This document shows positions 40,074 through 50,697 of a stretch of 64,000 bases of DNA, one piece after another. Source of the DNA: Actinomycetota bacterium (GTDB lineage: Bacteria; Actinomycetota; Actinomycetes; S36-B12; UBA5976); NCBI GenBank assembly GCA_947452755.1, contig CANGDT010000003.1, positions 37,074 to 101,073 on the forward strand, read 5' to 3'. The position numbers and the translations under genes were made by a program. The notes beneath the pieces were generated by a model. It ran no database searches. It had not been told where the DNA came from and saw only the letters and a program-made list of their open reading frames with translations. Positions within the stretch are counted from its first letter, which is position 1; each line of letters begins with the position of its first letter.

Positions 40074-42763
40074 GCCACTATCCCCCGCTCAAGTGCATCA
40101 CTTGATTGTCGAGCTGTGCGGGCGAGTTCAACATCGTCTGTTGCAAGCGACACTTGGCCAAGCACATCAATCACCTGTTTTGTCCAACGCACAAAATCGC
40201 CAGGCTGCAAATCAGAATTACGTAGAACTCGTGACAATGTTTGACCGCGCGCCCAACGCGACGTTGGCCACATGAATCCAAGATCCATCTCACGCATATT
40301 CTCGACCCGGTTCTGCGATTCGACATCTACTACATGACCCCAGGATTGAATCATGGACGCGATTGCTTCGCCCAACTCACCTTCTGGAAGCGCCGGAACA
40401 TCACCGTCGCCTTCGCGTCGTGTCTCGAAAACCAGTGTGCTCACCGCAGCGGCCAACTGGTCAGGCGATAAACCTGCCCACACGCCATGTTGAAGACACT
40501 CCGCAGTCAAAAGATCCATTTCGCCATAAATTCGACCAAGTACGACTCCACTCGGCGTTGCTGTGTGGTTCCCATCAGCCTCTTCGAGATATCCAAGATG
40601 AGTAAGGACCGAGCAAATGCGGTCAAAATCACGGGCAATCGAACTAGTGCGTTGTTCTACCCGACTTTCAAGTCGATTGATCTCTTTTTGAGCCACTGAC
40701 ACTTGATCACTCCAGCGGACATGCTCTTCGCGGTCATTGCATCCGTGGCAGGGATGAGCACGCAATGCCTTGCGCAGCCGACTGATCTCAACCTCATCTC
40801 GACTTGATGAACGCTTCTCTTTATCGACACGTGGCGCGCTTCGGGCAACCTTGATAATTTCATCGGCTAACCAATTTCGTGTCTTTGGAGAACGCGAATC
40901 AAAAGTATTGGGAATGTTGATTCGACCTACAACAAGTCCGTCGTCCCCTACGTCGACGTAACCTACGCGCTTAACCACTCTGTTTGTGGACATCACGCGT
41001 GGTCGTGGGTCATCCATGTCGCGCGCCTCATCGAGGACGACGTACGGAACACTCGATCGACGATTGTGTTCAATGGTGAAAACATCACCGCGCGCAAGAT
41101 CATTCAGGAAGGCAATGGCACCAAATCGTCGAGCTCGAACCTCGTCACGAGCTGCACCTTTTTCCAGAATCGATAATGATTTACGCAACTCCATATATTC
41201 AGTGAAGTTGCCGAGGTGACACGTTCCCGCCTCTGTATATCCGCCAACCGCATCTTCTTGTCGACGAATTTGGGTTGCTAGTCCAACTATCGATTTATCT
41301 GCCTGAAACTGCGCGAATGATGATTCGAGCAACTCACGAGCTTTATGAGTTCCCACCTTGGAAATCAAATTGATCGCCATGTTGTACGAAGGTCGAAAAC
41401 TCGACTTCAATGGGTACGTGCGAGTACTCGCTAAGCCCGCCAGCGCTTGTGGGTCAAGTTCGTTGTGCCACACCACGATGGCGTGACCTTCAACGTCAAT
41501 CCCTCGTCTGCCGGCACGACCCGTAAGTTGCGTGTATTCACCAGGCGTAATTGGCACGTGCGCTGACCCATTCCATTTGATGAGTTTTTCGAGCACGACG
41601 CTGCGTGCCGGCATATTGATACCGAGTGCAAGCGTCTCGGTGGCAAAAACCACCTTGACCAAACCTTGTTGAAAGAGTGATTCCACTACCTCTTTGAAAG
41701 CTGGCAGCAAGCCAGCGTGGTGCGCCGCAATTCCTCGCTCTAGTCCGTCACGCCACGAGTCGAACCCGAGCAGACGAAGTTCCTCCTGACTAGCCTCAGG
41801 AAACTGCGCATCCACAATGCCGCGGACTTTTAACTGATCTTCGCGACTATTTAGAGACAGGCCAGCGGCCAGACACTGCGTAACTGCGTCATTGCATGCG
41901 GCACGAGAAAAAATAAAAGTGATACTCGGCAGCAAGCCGGCTGACTCTAATTCAGTAATCACATCAATTCGTGACGGCGTGTAACGACTCTGGAAACGTC
42001 GTCCGCGCCCACCATATCGGGCATTCTGCCTATCGTTATGAGCAATTCGGGCCAATTCAGGTGACACCTTTTGGCTTTTAGCATCCGTAAACAAATCTTT
42101 TAGTTCATTGCCCACCATAACGTGTTGATGCAGCGGAATCGGTCGATGTTCCTCAACGACAACCTCCGTGTCACCACGCACAGTGCGCAGCCAATCACCA
42201 AACTCCTCCGCGTTACTCACCGTAGCCGACAAGGCAATCACCGAGATGTCGCGTGGTAAATGAATAATCACTTCTTCCCAGACAGCTCCACGCGAACGAT
42301 CAGCCAAGTAATGCACTTCATCCATAACCACATGGCTCAACTGCGCAATGTTCGATGAGCCTTCGTAAAGCATGTTTCGAAGAACCTCGGTCGTCATCAC
42401 GATGATCTGCGCGTCGCCGTTGACCGTATTGTCGCCAGTCAGCAACCCCACATTGTCTGCACCATATGTGTCGACAAATTCGGCGAACTTCTGATTAGAC
42501 AGTGCCTTAATCGGTGTCGTATAGAAGCAGCGCGTTTGCTGGGCCAAGGCCGTGTAGACCGCAAATTCACCAACCACTGTCTTTCCGGCACTCGTCGGAG
42601 CTGCTACGAGAACACCGGAGCCTGCCTGGATCGCGCGGCAGGCTTCTAACTGAAATCCATCTAATTCAAAAGACAACGACTCGCGAAACTCACCGAGCAA
42701 GGTTCTTTGTTCTACATTTCGCGCTTTGGCCGCCGCATATCGTTCAGCAGGCGTTTGAGTCAT
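40067..42763 (-). CDS. helY: Ski2-like DEAD/DEAH-box helicase HelY
   Basis: 898 aa. Walker A APTSAGKT, DEVH box (VMDEVHYL), SAT, HHAGLLP, QLTGRAGRRG, and a C-terminal DSHCT-like region. Confidence 0.9.
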   Translation of the reverse strand: MTQTPAERYAAAKARNVEQRTLLGEFRESLSFELDGFQLEACRAIQAGSGVLVAAPTSAGKTVVGEFAVYTALAQQTRCFYTTPIKALSNQKFAEFVDTYGADNVGLLTGDNTVNGDAQIIVMTTEVLRNMLYEGSSNIAQLSHVVMDEVHYLADRSRGAVWEEVIIHLPRDISVIALSATVSNAEEFGDWLRTVRGDTEVVVEEHRPIPLHQHVMVGNELKDLFTDAKSQKVSPELARIAHNDRQNARYGGRGRRFQSRYTPSRIDVITELESAGLLPSITFIFSRAACNDAVTQCLAAGLSLNSREDQLKVRGIVDAQFPEASQEELRLLGFDSWRDGLERGIAAHHAGLLPAFKEVVESLFQQGLVKVVFATETLALGINMPARSVVLEKLIKWNGSAHVPITPGEYTQLTGRAGRRGIDVEGHAIVVWHNELDPQALAGLASTRTYPLKSSFRPSYNMAINLISKVGTHKARELLESSFAQFQADKSIVGLATQIRRQEDAVGGYTEAGTCHLGNFTEYMELRKSLSILEKGAARDEVRARRFGAIAFLNDLARGDVFTIEHNRRSSVPYVVLDEARDMDDPRPRVMSTNRVVKRVGYVDVGDDGLVVGRINIPNTFDSRSPKTRNWLADEIIKVARSAPRVDKEKRSSSRDEVEISRLRKALRAHPCHGCNDREEHVRWSDQVSVAQKEINRLESRVEQRTSSIARDFDRICSVLTHLGYLEEADGNHTATPSGVVLGRIYGEMDLLTAECLQHGVWAGLSPDQLAAAVSTLVFETRREGDGDVPALPEGELGEAIASMIQSWGHVVDVESQNRVENMREMDLGFMWPTSRWARGQTLSRVLRNSDLQPGDFVRWTKQVIDVLGQVSLATDDVELARTARQSSDALERGIVAW

Positions 42764-42772
42764 AAGTACAGA

Positions 42773-43654
42773 TTACGTGGCACTCGATGAGTTCGCCCGC
42801 CACACTCGCGCGGAAGCAGGAACGAGTTCGATGGTTGCTGGCCCGACGCCAACACGCTCGCCATCGGCATAGACCGGGAATGGCTCGCCCGAGATTGAAA
42901 TCTTCGTGATTCGGTCGACGCTGACCTTCGGATGACTCACATGTGAACCATTAAATACGCGTGGCAAAACCCGAACCAACGTTCTACGCCGTACTTCATC
43001 GACATAGGTCACGTCAAAGATTCCGTCGTCAATTTCAGCCGTTGGGCATATTTTCATGCCTCCGCCATAGGAACGCGAGTTTGCGACTGCAACTAACGAG
43101 AACTTGCCGCTCGATCGCTGACCGTCCACTTCAAGATCCAGATCAATTGCCTTGAGGGCTTTAAGCTCACCAAAGATGGCAGCCACATATTTGGCTGTAC
43201 CTTGCGGGCCTGGATAACCATTCGCGCGTTCATTGACTTGAGCGTCAAATCCACATGAAGCAACACCGACGAAAAAGCGTGAATCACCATCACCTAGAGA
43301 GATCTTTCCAACATCAATGCGTTGCGACTGCCCATGCTGCAACACCGAGCGACCTTGATCGAAGCTTCGGATGTCTAACGCCCGCGCAAAATCATTGCCA
43401 GTTCCCATGGGCACCACAGCCAGCGAAACATCAAGCCCATGCGCACTATTAATTGCCCAATGCATCGTGCCGTCGCCTCCGCACGCAACAACTCTTACTT
43501 CGTCGCGCGTGCGCAGGTTGTCAATTTCTTTCTTGACCTGGTCATAGTCGCTGCCGATGAGCTCTACAGAATCTTTTGTTTTCAACGATTCAATACGCGC
43601 CATTTGTTTGGCAGACTTCCGTAAGGCTGGCTTAATCAAGAATGCGTCAATCAC
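42773..43654 (-). CDS. diacylglycerol/lipid kinase family protein
   Basis: 293 aa. VVACGGDGTMHWAIN and PMGTGNDFAR motifs of the DAGK catalytic domain. Confidence 0.8.
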   Translation of the reverse strand: MIDAFLIKPALRKSAKQMARIESLKTKDSVELIGSDYDQVKKEIDNLRTRDEVRVVACGGDGTMHWAINSAHGLDVSLAVVPMGTGNDFARALDIRSFDQGRSVLQHGQSQRIDVGKISLGDGDSRFFVGVASCGFDAQVNERANGYPGPQGTAKYVAAIFGELKALKAIDLDLEVDGQRSSGKFSLVAVANSRSYGGGMKICPTAEIDDGIFDVTYVDEVRRRTLVRVLPRVFNGSHVSHPKVSVDRITKISISGEPFPVYADGERVGVGPATIELVPASARVWRANSSSAT

Positions 43655-44472
43655 GGGGCATCCAATGGCGAGGCTTGATCATCACTCCATCGATCAGTGC
43701 CCGAATTTTTCGCTCGCGATGCGCGACGCTTGTCGTTCAGCATTGCCAGCACGATAACTATGGCACTGAGAGCGAGCATGGGTATAGCAACGAGGGTCAT
43801 GCCCAACGGGTCACCATTTGGAGTTGCGACCGCGCCGAAGACAAAGCTTCCAAGTATGAGGTAGCGCCACGATGCGACGATTCGTTGCGCGCTCAGGATG
43901 CCCGCAATATTCAAAAACAAAAGAATCAGCGGCAGGAGAAATCCAAGGCCAAAAAAAAGAACAATGTGCACAAAGAAACTCAAGTAGCTATCCACACTTG
44001 TCACGTTCGAGACATTTGCTGGCGTAAACGCGAACAGTGTTTCAAGCATGTTGGGCATAATCCGGTAGGCAAGAAAAACACCAGCTGCAAAGAGTGGCAC
44101 TGCGCATGCGGTAAATATGTACGCCCACTTCTTTTCGCGACGGTGCAAACCCGGAGCGACAAATTTCCACAGTTGATAAATCCATATGGGACTCGACAAG
44201 ACGATTGCCGCTAACACCGTGACACGCATTTGCAGAGAAAATCCGCTAGTAATTCCCGTGACGGCAAGGATTCCGTGATTTACTTTGAGGTCGTCGTATG
44301 GACGACGAATCCACGCAAAAATTGTTTCGTATTGATTCCACACTAGGGCCGTAGCCAGAAGTATCGACAGCGAACTCTTCACCAACCGCGACCGAAGTTC
44401 GCGAAGATGCTCTGAAAGAGTCATCGCCGCCGGATTGGCCTCAGTGGCAGTTGCCGAACTACTTGGTGTCAC
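43651..44472 (-). CDS. tatC: twin-arginine translocase subunit TatC
   Basis: Six-TM TatC ([14 protein letters not shown]..., [17 protein letters not shown]). The real start may be the internal ATG at 44424. Confidence 0.9.
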   Translation of the reverse strand: MTPSSSATATEANPAAMTLSEHLRELRSRLVKSSLSILLATALVWNQYETIFAWIRRPYDDLKVNHGILAVTGITSGFSLQMRVTVLAAIVLSSPIWIYQLWKFVAPGLHRREKKWAYIFTACAVPLFAAGVFLAYRIMPNMLETLFAFTPANVSNVTSVDSYLSFFVHIVLFFGLGFLLPLILLFLNIAGILSAQRIVASWRYLILGSFVFGAVATPNGDPLGMTLVAIPMLALSAIVIVLAMLNDKRRASRAKNSGTDRWSDDQASPLDAP

Positions 44473-44647
44473 CGCTGTCTTGCTTCTCGGCTGTTACATC
44501 CTTGGCACCTTCATCCATTTCGGACTTGAAGATACGAATTGATCGACCAAGGCTGCGGGCTGCATCTGGCAATCGCTTGGCACCAAAAAGAACAATGACA
44601 AGCAGAATCAGAACAATCGTGCCCGGACGATCGAAAAGTGCACCCAT
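44459..44647 (-). CDS. tatA: twin-arginine translocase subunit TatA/E
   Basis: 62 aa. TM helix followed by [22 protein letters not shown]. Confidence 0.9.
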   Translation of the reverse strand: MGALFDRPGTIVLILLVIVLFGAKRLPDAARSLGRSIRIFKSEMDEGAKDVTAEKQDSGDTK

Positions 44648-44692
44648 GAAGAACTCCTTAGAACCTGATTAACACTATCTCACAAAGCATAT

Positions 44693-45652
44693 TTACTTGT
44701 GTTTCCAACCCTGCACGGCTGCGCTCACTCGATTGCGCATTTCCGGTGGGCTGACAACCTCAATACTGCCGCCGCTTGCCAAAACCTGACCAACAAGCCA
44801 CTCAACAGAACCGACCGATGTCACAACTTCGAACCGACCATCTGGAAGCTCTTTAGGAGCCGAACCAGAGTGCTGGTTAAATTCGTACAAATATTCATTC
44901 TCGATTCGCAAACACACTTCGTGGACCAATGGTGCTGTGACGCGCTCATCCTCCACGTCAACGTTGTGCCCCTGAACAGTTGAAGACGGTTCGATCGACA
45001 AAATTCGGTCAACTCGAAAGGTGCGTGCAGATTCGGCCTCAAGGCAGTACGCCCGAACATAGACAATGTCATCGCGAGTGAGTAGTGCCTTGGGCTCAAT
45101 CTCACGGCGAGAAATTCGCTCGTCCGAGCCTGATGCATATTCGATCTCTACACATGTGTCATGAGAAATGGCCGATCGTAGAGTTGCTAACTTTGATTCG
45201 ATTTCGTCGTGGCTTGCCACTGAAATTGGTGCATCGGCAATACCGGAAGCACCCTGAATCTTTTCCAAGAGCTGTTGCACGAATGCCGGATCAACCAAGC
45301 CGGGAAGACTTTGAATGAAGTTCAACCCTGCAACAATGCTTGCCGCCGAGAGAGGATCGAGTTTTATGGGTCGATCCAACTTTTGTGGATCAATGACAGT
45401 AATCGCCACATCAAAGTCCCGTTTTACGTCCCCATCATGATCAAAGTCGTCATCGTCAGGAGCGTAAAAGTCGATATCTACACAGCCGCCACCTTCGCGA
45501 GGATTAGGCCCAGTAACTACCAGCAGCTGAACCGCGTCGAGAACATCGTCAGGTTTAATGCCAAATTCCGCAGCAATCTGTCGGGCTGTTTTTCCAGGAT
45601 TTGCGACAAGCCACGGCAACAATTTGATAAGGGTGTCAATCTTTACGCTCAT
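44693..45652 (-). CDS. pafC: HTH/WYL-domain transcriptional regulator PafC
   Basis: 319 aa. N-terminal HTH, then WYL-type and WCX-type regions. It is the second gene of an overlapping pair downstream of pafA. Confidence 0.75.
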   Translation of the reverse strand: MSVKIDTLIKLLPWLVANPGKTARQIAAEFGIKPDDVLDAVQLLVVTGPNPREGGGCVDIDFYAPDDDDFDHDGDVKRDFDVAITVIDPQKLDRPIKLDPLSAASIVAGLNFIQSLPGLVDPAFVQQLLEKIQGASGIADAPISVASHDEIESKLATLRSAISHDTCVEIEYASGSDERISRREIEPKALLTRDDIVYVRAYCLEAESARTFRVDRILSIEPSSTVQGHNVDVEDERVTAPLVHEVCLRIENEYLYEFNQHSGSAPKELPDGRFEVVTSVGSVEWLVGQVLASGGSIEVVSPPEMRNRVSAAVQGWKHK

Positions 45653-46596
45653 GATGCGTGACGCTCCCCTGCTTTGTGCACTATTGCACCAACCGCCATT
45701 CGCAACTCAACCGGCGAAAGCACCTCCACACGGTCGCACATGGCCGCAATTTTTCGCGCTAGCGAATCTTCCGACCAATAATTCACGGTGATGACGTCAC
45801 CATCATCGGTCTGTTCAATTTCTGAAGCAATCAAACGAATGCTGGCACCATCGTCGTTCGCAACACGTACTTGAGCCACCCGCATCTCATCTGTTTCACG
45901 CCAATCTGAAATGACGTCGTGCGCGTTAAACCCTGTCGGTTTGTCATGTGTAATGTCATTGGCAGTAACTGCAATTCCACCATGGATGCGCGCCAGCTTG
46001 TACGTACGTTGCGCGCTCTTGCCATGGTCATACCCGATCAAATACCAACTACCGTCAGTGACGAGAAGTCGCCACGGATCGACTTGTCGCAAGCTGGCCT
46101 CGTCAACACCGCGACCTTGATACATGAACGAGATGCCTTTTTTGCGGGCAATTGCGTCCAATATTGCTGGAGCATGAGTTTGGTTGCCCGAAATACCAAA
46201 CCGAAAGTCCAGTTGCGGTTCGTCAATTGCGCCAATAGCGGCAGCGGCATCACGTGCATACTTTCCCATTTGCACATCACCCCACGCGTGGGCAGCTAGG
46301 GACACAAGCACGCGTTCGGCTGGCGACAGGACGAGGTCATCCATCATCCACTCGGAATCCTCAATGATGTAACCCTCAACATCATCGTGCGCTTCAGAGA
46401 GCTTTTGGGTTCGCAACGGAATTTCTAGTTCGCGTAAAACTTTTTTATCCCGCTCAAACATTCGCTCAAATGCCATATCCGAGTCAGTTGGATAGCCATC
46501 AATTCGATCACGAATCTGCGCTCGAGTAAGCGGGAGCTTGGTGTTTAGCAGCACAAAGACGAGATTCAGAATTCGCTCGTCTTTGCTATTTGCCAT
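45649..46596 (-). CDS. pafB: HTH/WYL-domain transcriptional regulator PafB
   Basis: 315 aa. N-terminal HTH (RILNLVFVLLNTKLPLTRAQI) and a WYL motif (DGSWYLIGYDH). Overlaps pafC by 4 nt. Confidence 0.75.
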   Translation of the reverse strand: MANSKDERILNLVFVLLNTKLPLTRAQIRDRIDGYPTDSDMAFERMFERDKKVLRELEIPLRTQKLSEAHDDVEGYIIEDSEWMMDDLVLSPAERVLVSLAAHAWGDVQMGKYARDAAAAIGAIDEPQLDFRFGISGNQTHAPAILDAIARKKGISFMYQGRGVDEASLRQVDPWRLLVTDGSWYLIGYDHGKSAQRTYKLARIHGGIAVTANDITHDKPTGFNAHDVISDWRETDEMRVAQVRVANDDGASIRLIASEIEQTDDGDVITVNYWSEDSLARKIAAMCDRVEVLSPVELRMAVGAIVHKAGERHAS

Positions 46597-46599
46597 GGC

Positions 46600-46959
46600 T
46601 TATGCCACGCCAATCAAATCGATAACGAAGATCAATGTACGACCTGAAAGTCGATGCCCACCACCTGCAGGACCGTATGCCAATTCAGGTGGAATTGTGA
46701 GCTTACGTCGACCGCCGACGCGCATTCCAGGTATACCTTCTTGCCAGCCGGCAATGAGCCCCTGCAGCGGAAATTCAATCGTCTGCCCACGGCTCCATGA
46801 AGAATCAAACTCTTCGCCAGTTTCAAGATCGACACCTAGATAGTGAACAGTTACCTTTTGACCTGGGGCGCATTCGAGGCCCTCTCCGACGACAATGTCG
46901 TCGATGACCAATTCGCTAGGTGCTGGCCCGTCTTGAAATTCAATAATCGGCGCTTCCAT
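46600..46959 (-). CDS. FKBP-type peptidyl-prolyl cis-trans isomerase (cytosolic)
   Basis: 119 aa. VHYLGV...G.EFDSSW.RG..IEFPL...IAGWQEGIPGMRVGGRRKLTIPPELAYG. Confidence 0.9.
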   Translation of the reverse strand: MEAPIIEFQDGPAPSELVIDDIVVGEGLECAPGQKVTVHYLGVDLETGEEFDSSWSRGQTIEFPLQGLIAGWQEGIPGMRVGGRRKLTIPPELAYGPAGGGHRLSGRTLIFVIDLIGVA

Positions 46960-47010
46960 AGTTCGTCTCCCTTTGATGTGTGTCTCATTCTGTCGTATCA
47001 GGCAAATAAC

Positions 47011-47523
47011 TTATTGAATTGACACCAAATCAACAACAAAAATAAGTGGTTCATTTGGTGCGATGCCACTTCCACCTGGAGGTGCGTCACCGTAAGCCAT
47101 GTCGCCTGGAATGACGAGCACACGCCGACCACCAGCCTGCATACCTACGAGTCCAACCTGCCAGCCCTGAATAACTCCATTGAGAGGAAACGTTGCCGGT
47201 TCCCCACGGCTCCATGATCCATCGAACATAGCTCCTGACTGCACGCCATAGCCAACGTAGTGAGCCGTCACAGTTGAAGCGGAGGTTACAGCCGGACCGG
47301 ATCCCACTGCAGAATCGGCAACCATCAAATTGCCGATCGGCTCCATCGACGTCGTCACAGTGACCGTCGGCTCTTGACCCAATGGGCCAGAAACATTTAC
47401 TGGTCCCAGTTGCACGGTCTTCACCTGACCACTGGTTGTGTACTGATTCTGCGAAGCATTGTTGCCGCATGCAGTGAGCAGGAGAACTGAAGCAAGCCCA
47501 GTAGCTTTCAGAAAATTGCGCAT
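47011..47523 (-). CDS. FKBP-type peptidyl-prolyl cis-trans isomerase, putative lipoprotein
   Basis: 170 aa. Signal peptide with lipobox LLTAC, then an FKBP domain (AHYVGY...FDGSWSRGEPATFPLNGVIQGWQVGLVGMQAGGRRVLVIP). Confidence 0.85.
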   Translation of the reverse strand: MRNFLKATGLASVLLLTACGNNASQNQYTTSGQVKTVQLGPVNVSGPLGQEPTVTVTTSMEPIGNLMVADSAVGSGPAVTSASTVTAHYVGYGVQSGAMFDGSWSRGEPATFPLNGVIQGWQVGLVGMQAGGRRVLVIPGDMAYGDAPPGGSGIAPNEPLIFVVDLVSIQ

Positions 47524-47547
47524 GAATTGAGCCTACCCTTTGCGTTA

Positions 47548-48921
47548 TTACATAGATTCGATGAGACGTTCAACCCGCTCATCGACACTGACAAATGGAT
47601 CTTTACAGAGGACTGTTCGCTGCGTTTGGTCATTCATCTTGAGATGAACCCAATCAACAGTGATGTCCTTATTTTTATCTTGTGCTGCCTTAATGAAATC
47701 GCCGCGGAGTTTTGCGCGAGTCGTTTGTGGCGGCGTCGACATCGCTGCATCTACCGCATCGTCTGTAGTAAGGCGATTAACTGCACCCTTACGTTCCAGC
47801 AAATAAAACAGTCCACGGCTCTTCGTGATGTCGTGATACATCAAGTCAAGCTGTGCCACGCGAGGTGAATCGAGTTCCAAATTGCCACGTTCTCGATACG
47901 TGTCAATCAATTTTTTCTTGATAGCCCAATCAATGTCGCGATCGATCAAAGTGTGGTCGCCAGATTCGATGGCATCGAGTGTTCTACCCCACAACTCCAA
48001 GGCACGTTCATACATTGGTGTCATCTCGGCGTGGCCATCAGCAATGAATCGTGTTGCAGCATCCAGGTAGTCACGCTGCATTGCAAGTGCTGAAATAGTA
48101 CGTCCGCTATCGAGAGTCACGGGTGCCTGACCAGTCAAATCATGCGAAATGTCACGAATAGCCCTGATGGGGTTATCCATCTTGAAATCTTTTCGCAACA
48201 CATTTGCTTCTAGCATCCGCAAAACCAAATCCATGCTGACAACCTTGAGCATGGTTGTCATTTCCGACATGTTGGAATCGCCGACGATGACATGCAGTCG
48301 ACGGAATGCTTCCGAGTCTGCGTGCGGTTCATCGCGCGTATTAATAATCGGCCGCGATCGAGTCGTGGCCGATGAGACGCCCTCCCACATGTGATCAGCA
48401 CGTTGGGAAAACGAAAACAATGTTTCGCGCGGAGTGGTGAGAACCTTGCCAGAGCCACACATGATCTGTCTGGTGACCAAAAACGGAAGCAATGCCTCAA
48501 TCTGGTCCAAGTAGTCCTGGCGCCGGCGAATCAGGAAATTTTCATGACACCCGTAAGAGTTGCCACTGGAATCCGTATTGTTCTTGAACAAATAAATTTC
48601 GCCGTCAATACCCTCTTCGGCTAACTTTTCCTGCGCATCAACAATCAGGCCTTCCAAAATTCTTTCACCGGCGCGATCTTGATGGAGCAAATCCAAAATA
48701 TCGTCGCATTCAGCAGTGGCATATTCAGGGTGACTGCCCACGTCCAAATACAACCGTGCACCATTGGTCAAAAAGACGTTACTGCTTCGTCCCCAGGCCA
48801 CCACTCGTCGAAAAAGGTAACGGGCAACTTCGTCCGGCGTTAACTGACGCTGGCCCTTGAAGCTGCAGGTGACACCGTATTCTGTTTCAATTCCGAAAAT
48901 ACGTCGGTCAAGTGAGGACAC
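47548..48921 (-). CDS. pafA: Pup--protein ligase PafA
   Basis: 457 aa with a GTG start. [11 protein letters not shown], the [19 protein letters not shown] family signature, and the PafA-type C-terminal domain. Confidence 0.9.
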   Translation of the reverse strand: MSSLDRRIFGIETEYGVTCSFKGQRQLTPDEVARYLFRRVVAWGRSSNVFLTNGARLYLDVGSHPEYATAECDDILDLLHQDRAGERILEGLIVDAQEKLAEEGIDGEIYLFKNNTDSSGNSYGCHENFLIRRRQDYLDQIEALLPFLVTRQIMCGSGKVLTTPRETLFSFSQRADHMWEGVSSATTRSRPIINTRDEPHADSEAFRRLHVIVGDSNMSEMTTMLKVVSMDLVLRMLEANVLRKDFKMDNPIRAIRDISHDLTGQAPVTLDSGRTISALAMQRDYLDAATRFIADGHAEMTPMYERALELWGRTLDAIESGDHTLIDRDIDWAIKKKLIDTYRERGNLELDSPRVAQLDLMYHDITKSRGLFYLLERKGAVNRLTTDDAVDAAMSTPPQTTRAKLRGDFIKAAQDKNKDITVDWVHLKMNDQTQRTVLCKDPFVSVDERVERLIESM

Positions 48922-48924
48922 TTT

Positions 48925-49113
48925 TTACTGGCCGCCCTTTTGCACAAATCCCTTAACAAACTCTTCGGCGTTTTCTTCCAAGACGCTATCAATTTCATCA
49001 AGTAGGTCGCTGACGTCAAAAACCTGACCGCCTCCAGCCTTGCCTGGAGTCGTCACATCATCAGAATCATCCTCACCAGGACCTTTACGCTGGATAAAGT
49101 CGCGCTCTGACAT
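48925..49113 (-). CDS. pup: prokaryotic ubiquitin-like protein Pup
   Basis: 62 aa, acidic and disordered. DLLDEIDSVLEENAEEFVKGFVQKGGQ carries the C-terminal GGQ. Confidence 0.95.
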   Translation of the reverse strand: MSERDFIQRKGPGEDDSDDVTTPGKAGGGQVFDVSDLLDEIDSVLEENAEEFVKGFVQKGGQ

Positions 49114-49186
49114 GTGTACTCCCTTAGTAATGCAGTCTTTGAAGTCTATTGCTCGCCGGGAACAACGGCTGGCTCATGCTGGCGAT

Positions 49187-50692
49187 TTAAGGCTGGAGTT
49201 TACGGACGAAATCAGCCGTTCCGGTTGCCGAAGCGAAGAGTGATTCAGTCAGATCCTTTGTGCCCTTGCGCACGTCTGGCGTTGAAATACGTGTCAATGG
49301 AACATCGCTTCCGAGGTCCAAAATTACTGAATCCCAGGAGGCTGCAGCAACCTGGTCGACAAAATGTTCAACACATTTACCACGAAAATAAGCACGGGTG
49401 TCGTGTGGTGGGGTGACCACGGCTTGGGCGATTTCTTGTTCAGTAAACATCACCTGCTGTTTGCCCTTGGCTTGCATCAACAAGGCAAGTCCCTTTTCTT
49501 TGCGCATGTCGGCGTACTGAATATCAATTGCGGCGATACGCGGGTCATTCCACAGTGCGTGGTCGCGCTCACGATAACCGTTCATGATGGCAAGTTTGGC
49601 GATCCAATCCACTTCGTCACGCAAAGCAAATTTATCTGTCGCCAGGGTCTCCACTACACGCGTCCACTCAGAGAGCACATCGAGTGTCATCTCATCGGCA
49701 TCAGTCGCGGCGACATATCGATGTGCTTGCTCGATGTACATTCGCTGAATCTCGAGAGCAGACAATTCGCGACCGTCCTTCATCCGCACGCGGTGGACTA
49801 ATTCGTAATCATGACTTACTTGGTGCATGGCACTCACGGGATCATGCAACTCAACATCAAAATCAAGAAATCCATCTTCAATCATGCTGAGCACCAGCGC
49901 CGTCGATCCCATTTTTAGGTAAGTCATACGCTGCGACATGTTTGCATCGCCCACAATTACGTGGAGCCTTCTGAATTTGTCAGGATCCGCGTGTGGTTCG
50001 TCTCTGGTGTTAATAATCGGACGGCGGAGTGTTGTTTCGAGCCCTACTTCAGCTTCGAAAAAATCTGCTCGGGAAGATATTTGAAATCCTGGTTCGTCGC
50101 CTTCTTGACCTAAGCCAACGCGTCCAGCTCCCGCAAACAAGCATCGAGTGACGAAGAACGGCGTGAGGAACTTAATAAGTTGCGGGAACGGTGTCTCGCG
50201 CGACAACTGATAATTTTCGTGCGTGCCGTAGCTTGCACCTTTTCCATCAGTGTTGTTCTTGTATACGGTAATAAGTTGATTCGTTAACGAACTTGCTAGC
50301 TCGGCACTGCGCTGAATGATGCGGTCGCCAGCAACATCCCATAACGAAGCGTCACGAGGATTTGTCACCTCGGGCGCCGCATACTCAGGGTGCGCATGGT
50401 CAACATAAAAGCGTGCACCGTTCGTAAGTACGACATTGGCAACACCGAAGTCTTCATCGGTCAATTGCGACGGATCGGCGTCCGCCCTACTCATGTCATA
50501 GCCGCGAGCGTCGCGCAACGGCGTTTCGACGTCGTAATCCCATCGCATTCGTCGCATGCGATTAGGCATAGTTTCATTCGCGTATGCGTTGACAACTTGG
50601 CTCGACAACAACATCGGATTGGCAGCCGGATCAGCCGCCACAGCAATGCCGTACTCGTTCTCAATCCCCATGATGCGATGTACAGACATCAC
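49187..50692 (-). CDS. dop: Pup deamidase/depupylase Dop
   Basis: 501 aa. RIMGIENEYGI, LTNGARFYVDHAHPEYAAPE, and a Dop-type insertion loop. It lies directly upstream of pup. Confidence 0.9.
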   Translation of the reverse strand: MMSVHRIMGIENEYGIAVAADPAANPMLLSSQVVNAYANETMPNRMRRMRWDYDVETPLRDARGYDMSRADADPSQLTDEDFGVANVVLTNGARFYVDHAHPEYAAPEVTNPRDASLWDVAGDRIIQRSAELASSLTNQLITVYKNNTDGKGASYGTHENYQLSRETPFPQLIKFLTPFFVTRCLFAGAGRVGLGQEGDEPGFQISSRADFFEAEVGLETTLRRPIINTRDEPHADPDKFRRLHVIVGDANMSQRMTYLKMGSTALVLSMIEDGFLDFDVELHDPVSAMHQVSHDYELVHRVRMKDGRELSALEIQRMYIEQAHRYVAATDADEMTLDVLSEWTRVVETLATDKFALRDEVDWIAKLAIMNGYRERDHALWNDPRIAAIDIQYADMRKEKGLALLMQAKGKQQVMFTEQEIAQAVVTPPHDTRAYFRGKCVEHFVDQVAAASWDSVILDLGSDVPLTRISTPDVRKGTKDLTESLFASATGTADFVRKLQP

Positions 50693-50697
50693 GCCGC

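Noticed and set aside
43951-43958. An A8 homopolymer inside tatC (T8 on the coding strand), considered as a possible frameshift or phase-variation site.
   Set aside because: The tatC reading frame is intact across it. The run encodes the expected hydrophobic FF segment, and nothing suggests a pseudogene.
43642-44214. A 190-aa + strand ORF antisense to tatC. Similar long antisense ORFs occur elsewhere, for example 17548-18150 (-), 10322-10726 (-), 55416-56030 (+), 62262-62834 (-) and 36518-36940 (+).
   Set aside because: Each lies fully inside a well-supported conserved gene on the other strand. They have low-complexity Arg/Ser/Cys/His-rich composition, no recognisable domains and no RBS. This is the typical shadow-ORF pattern.
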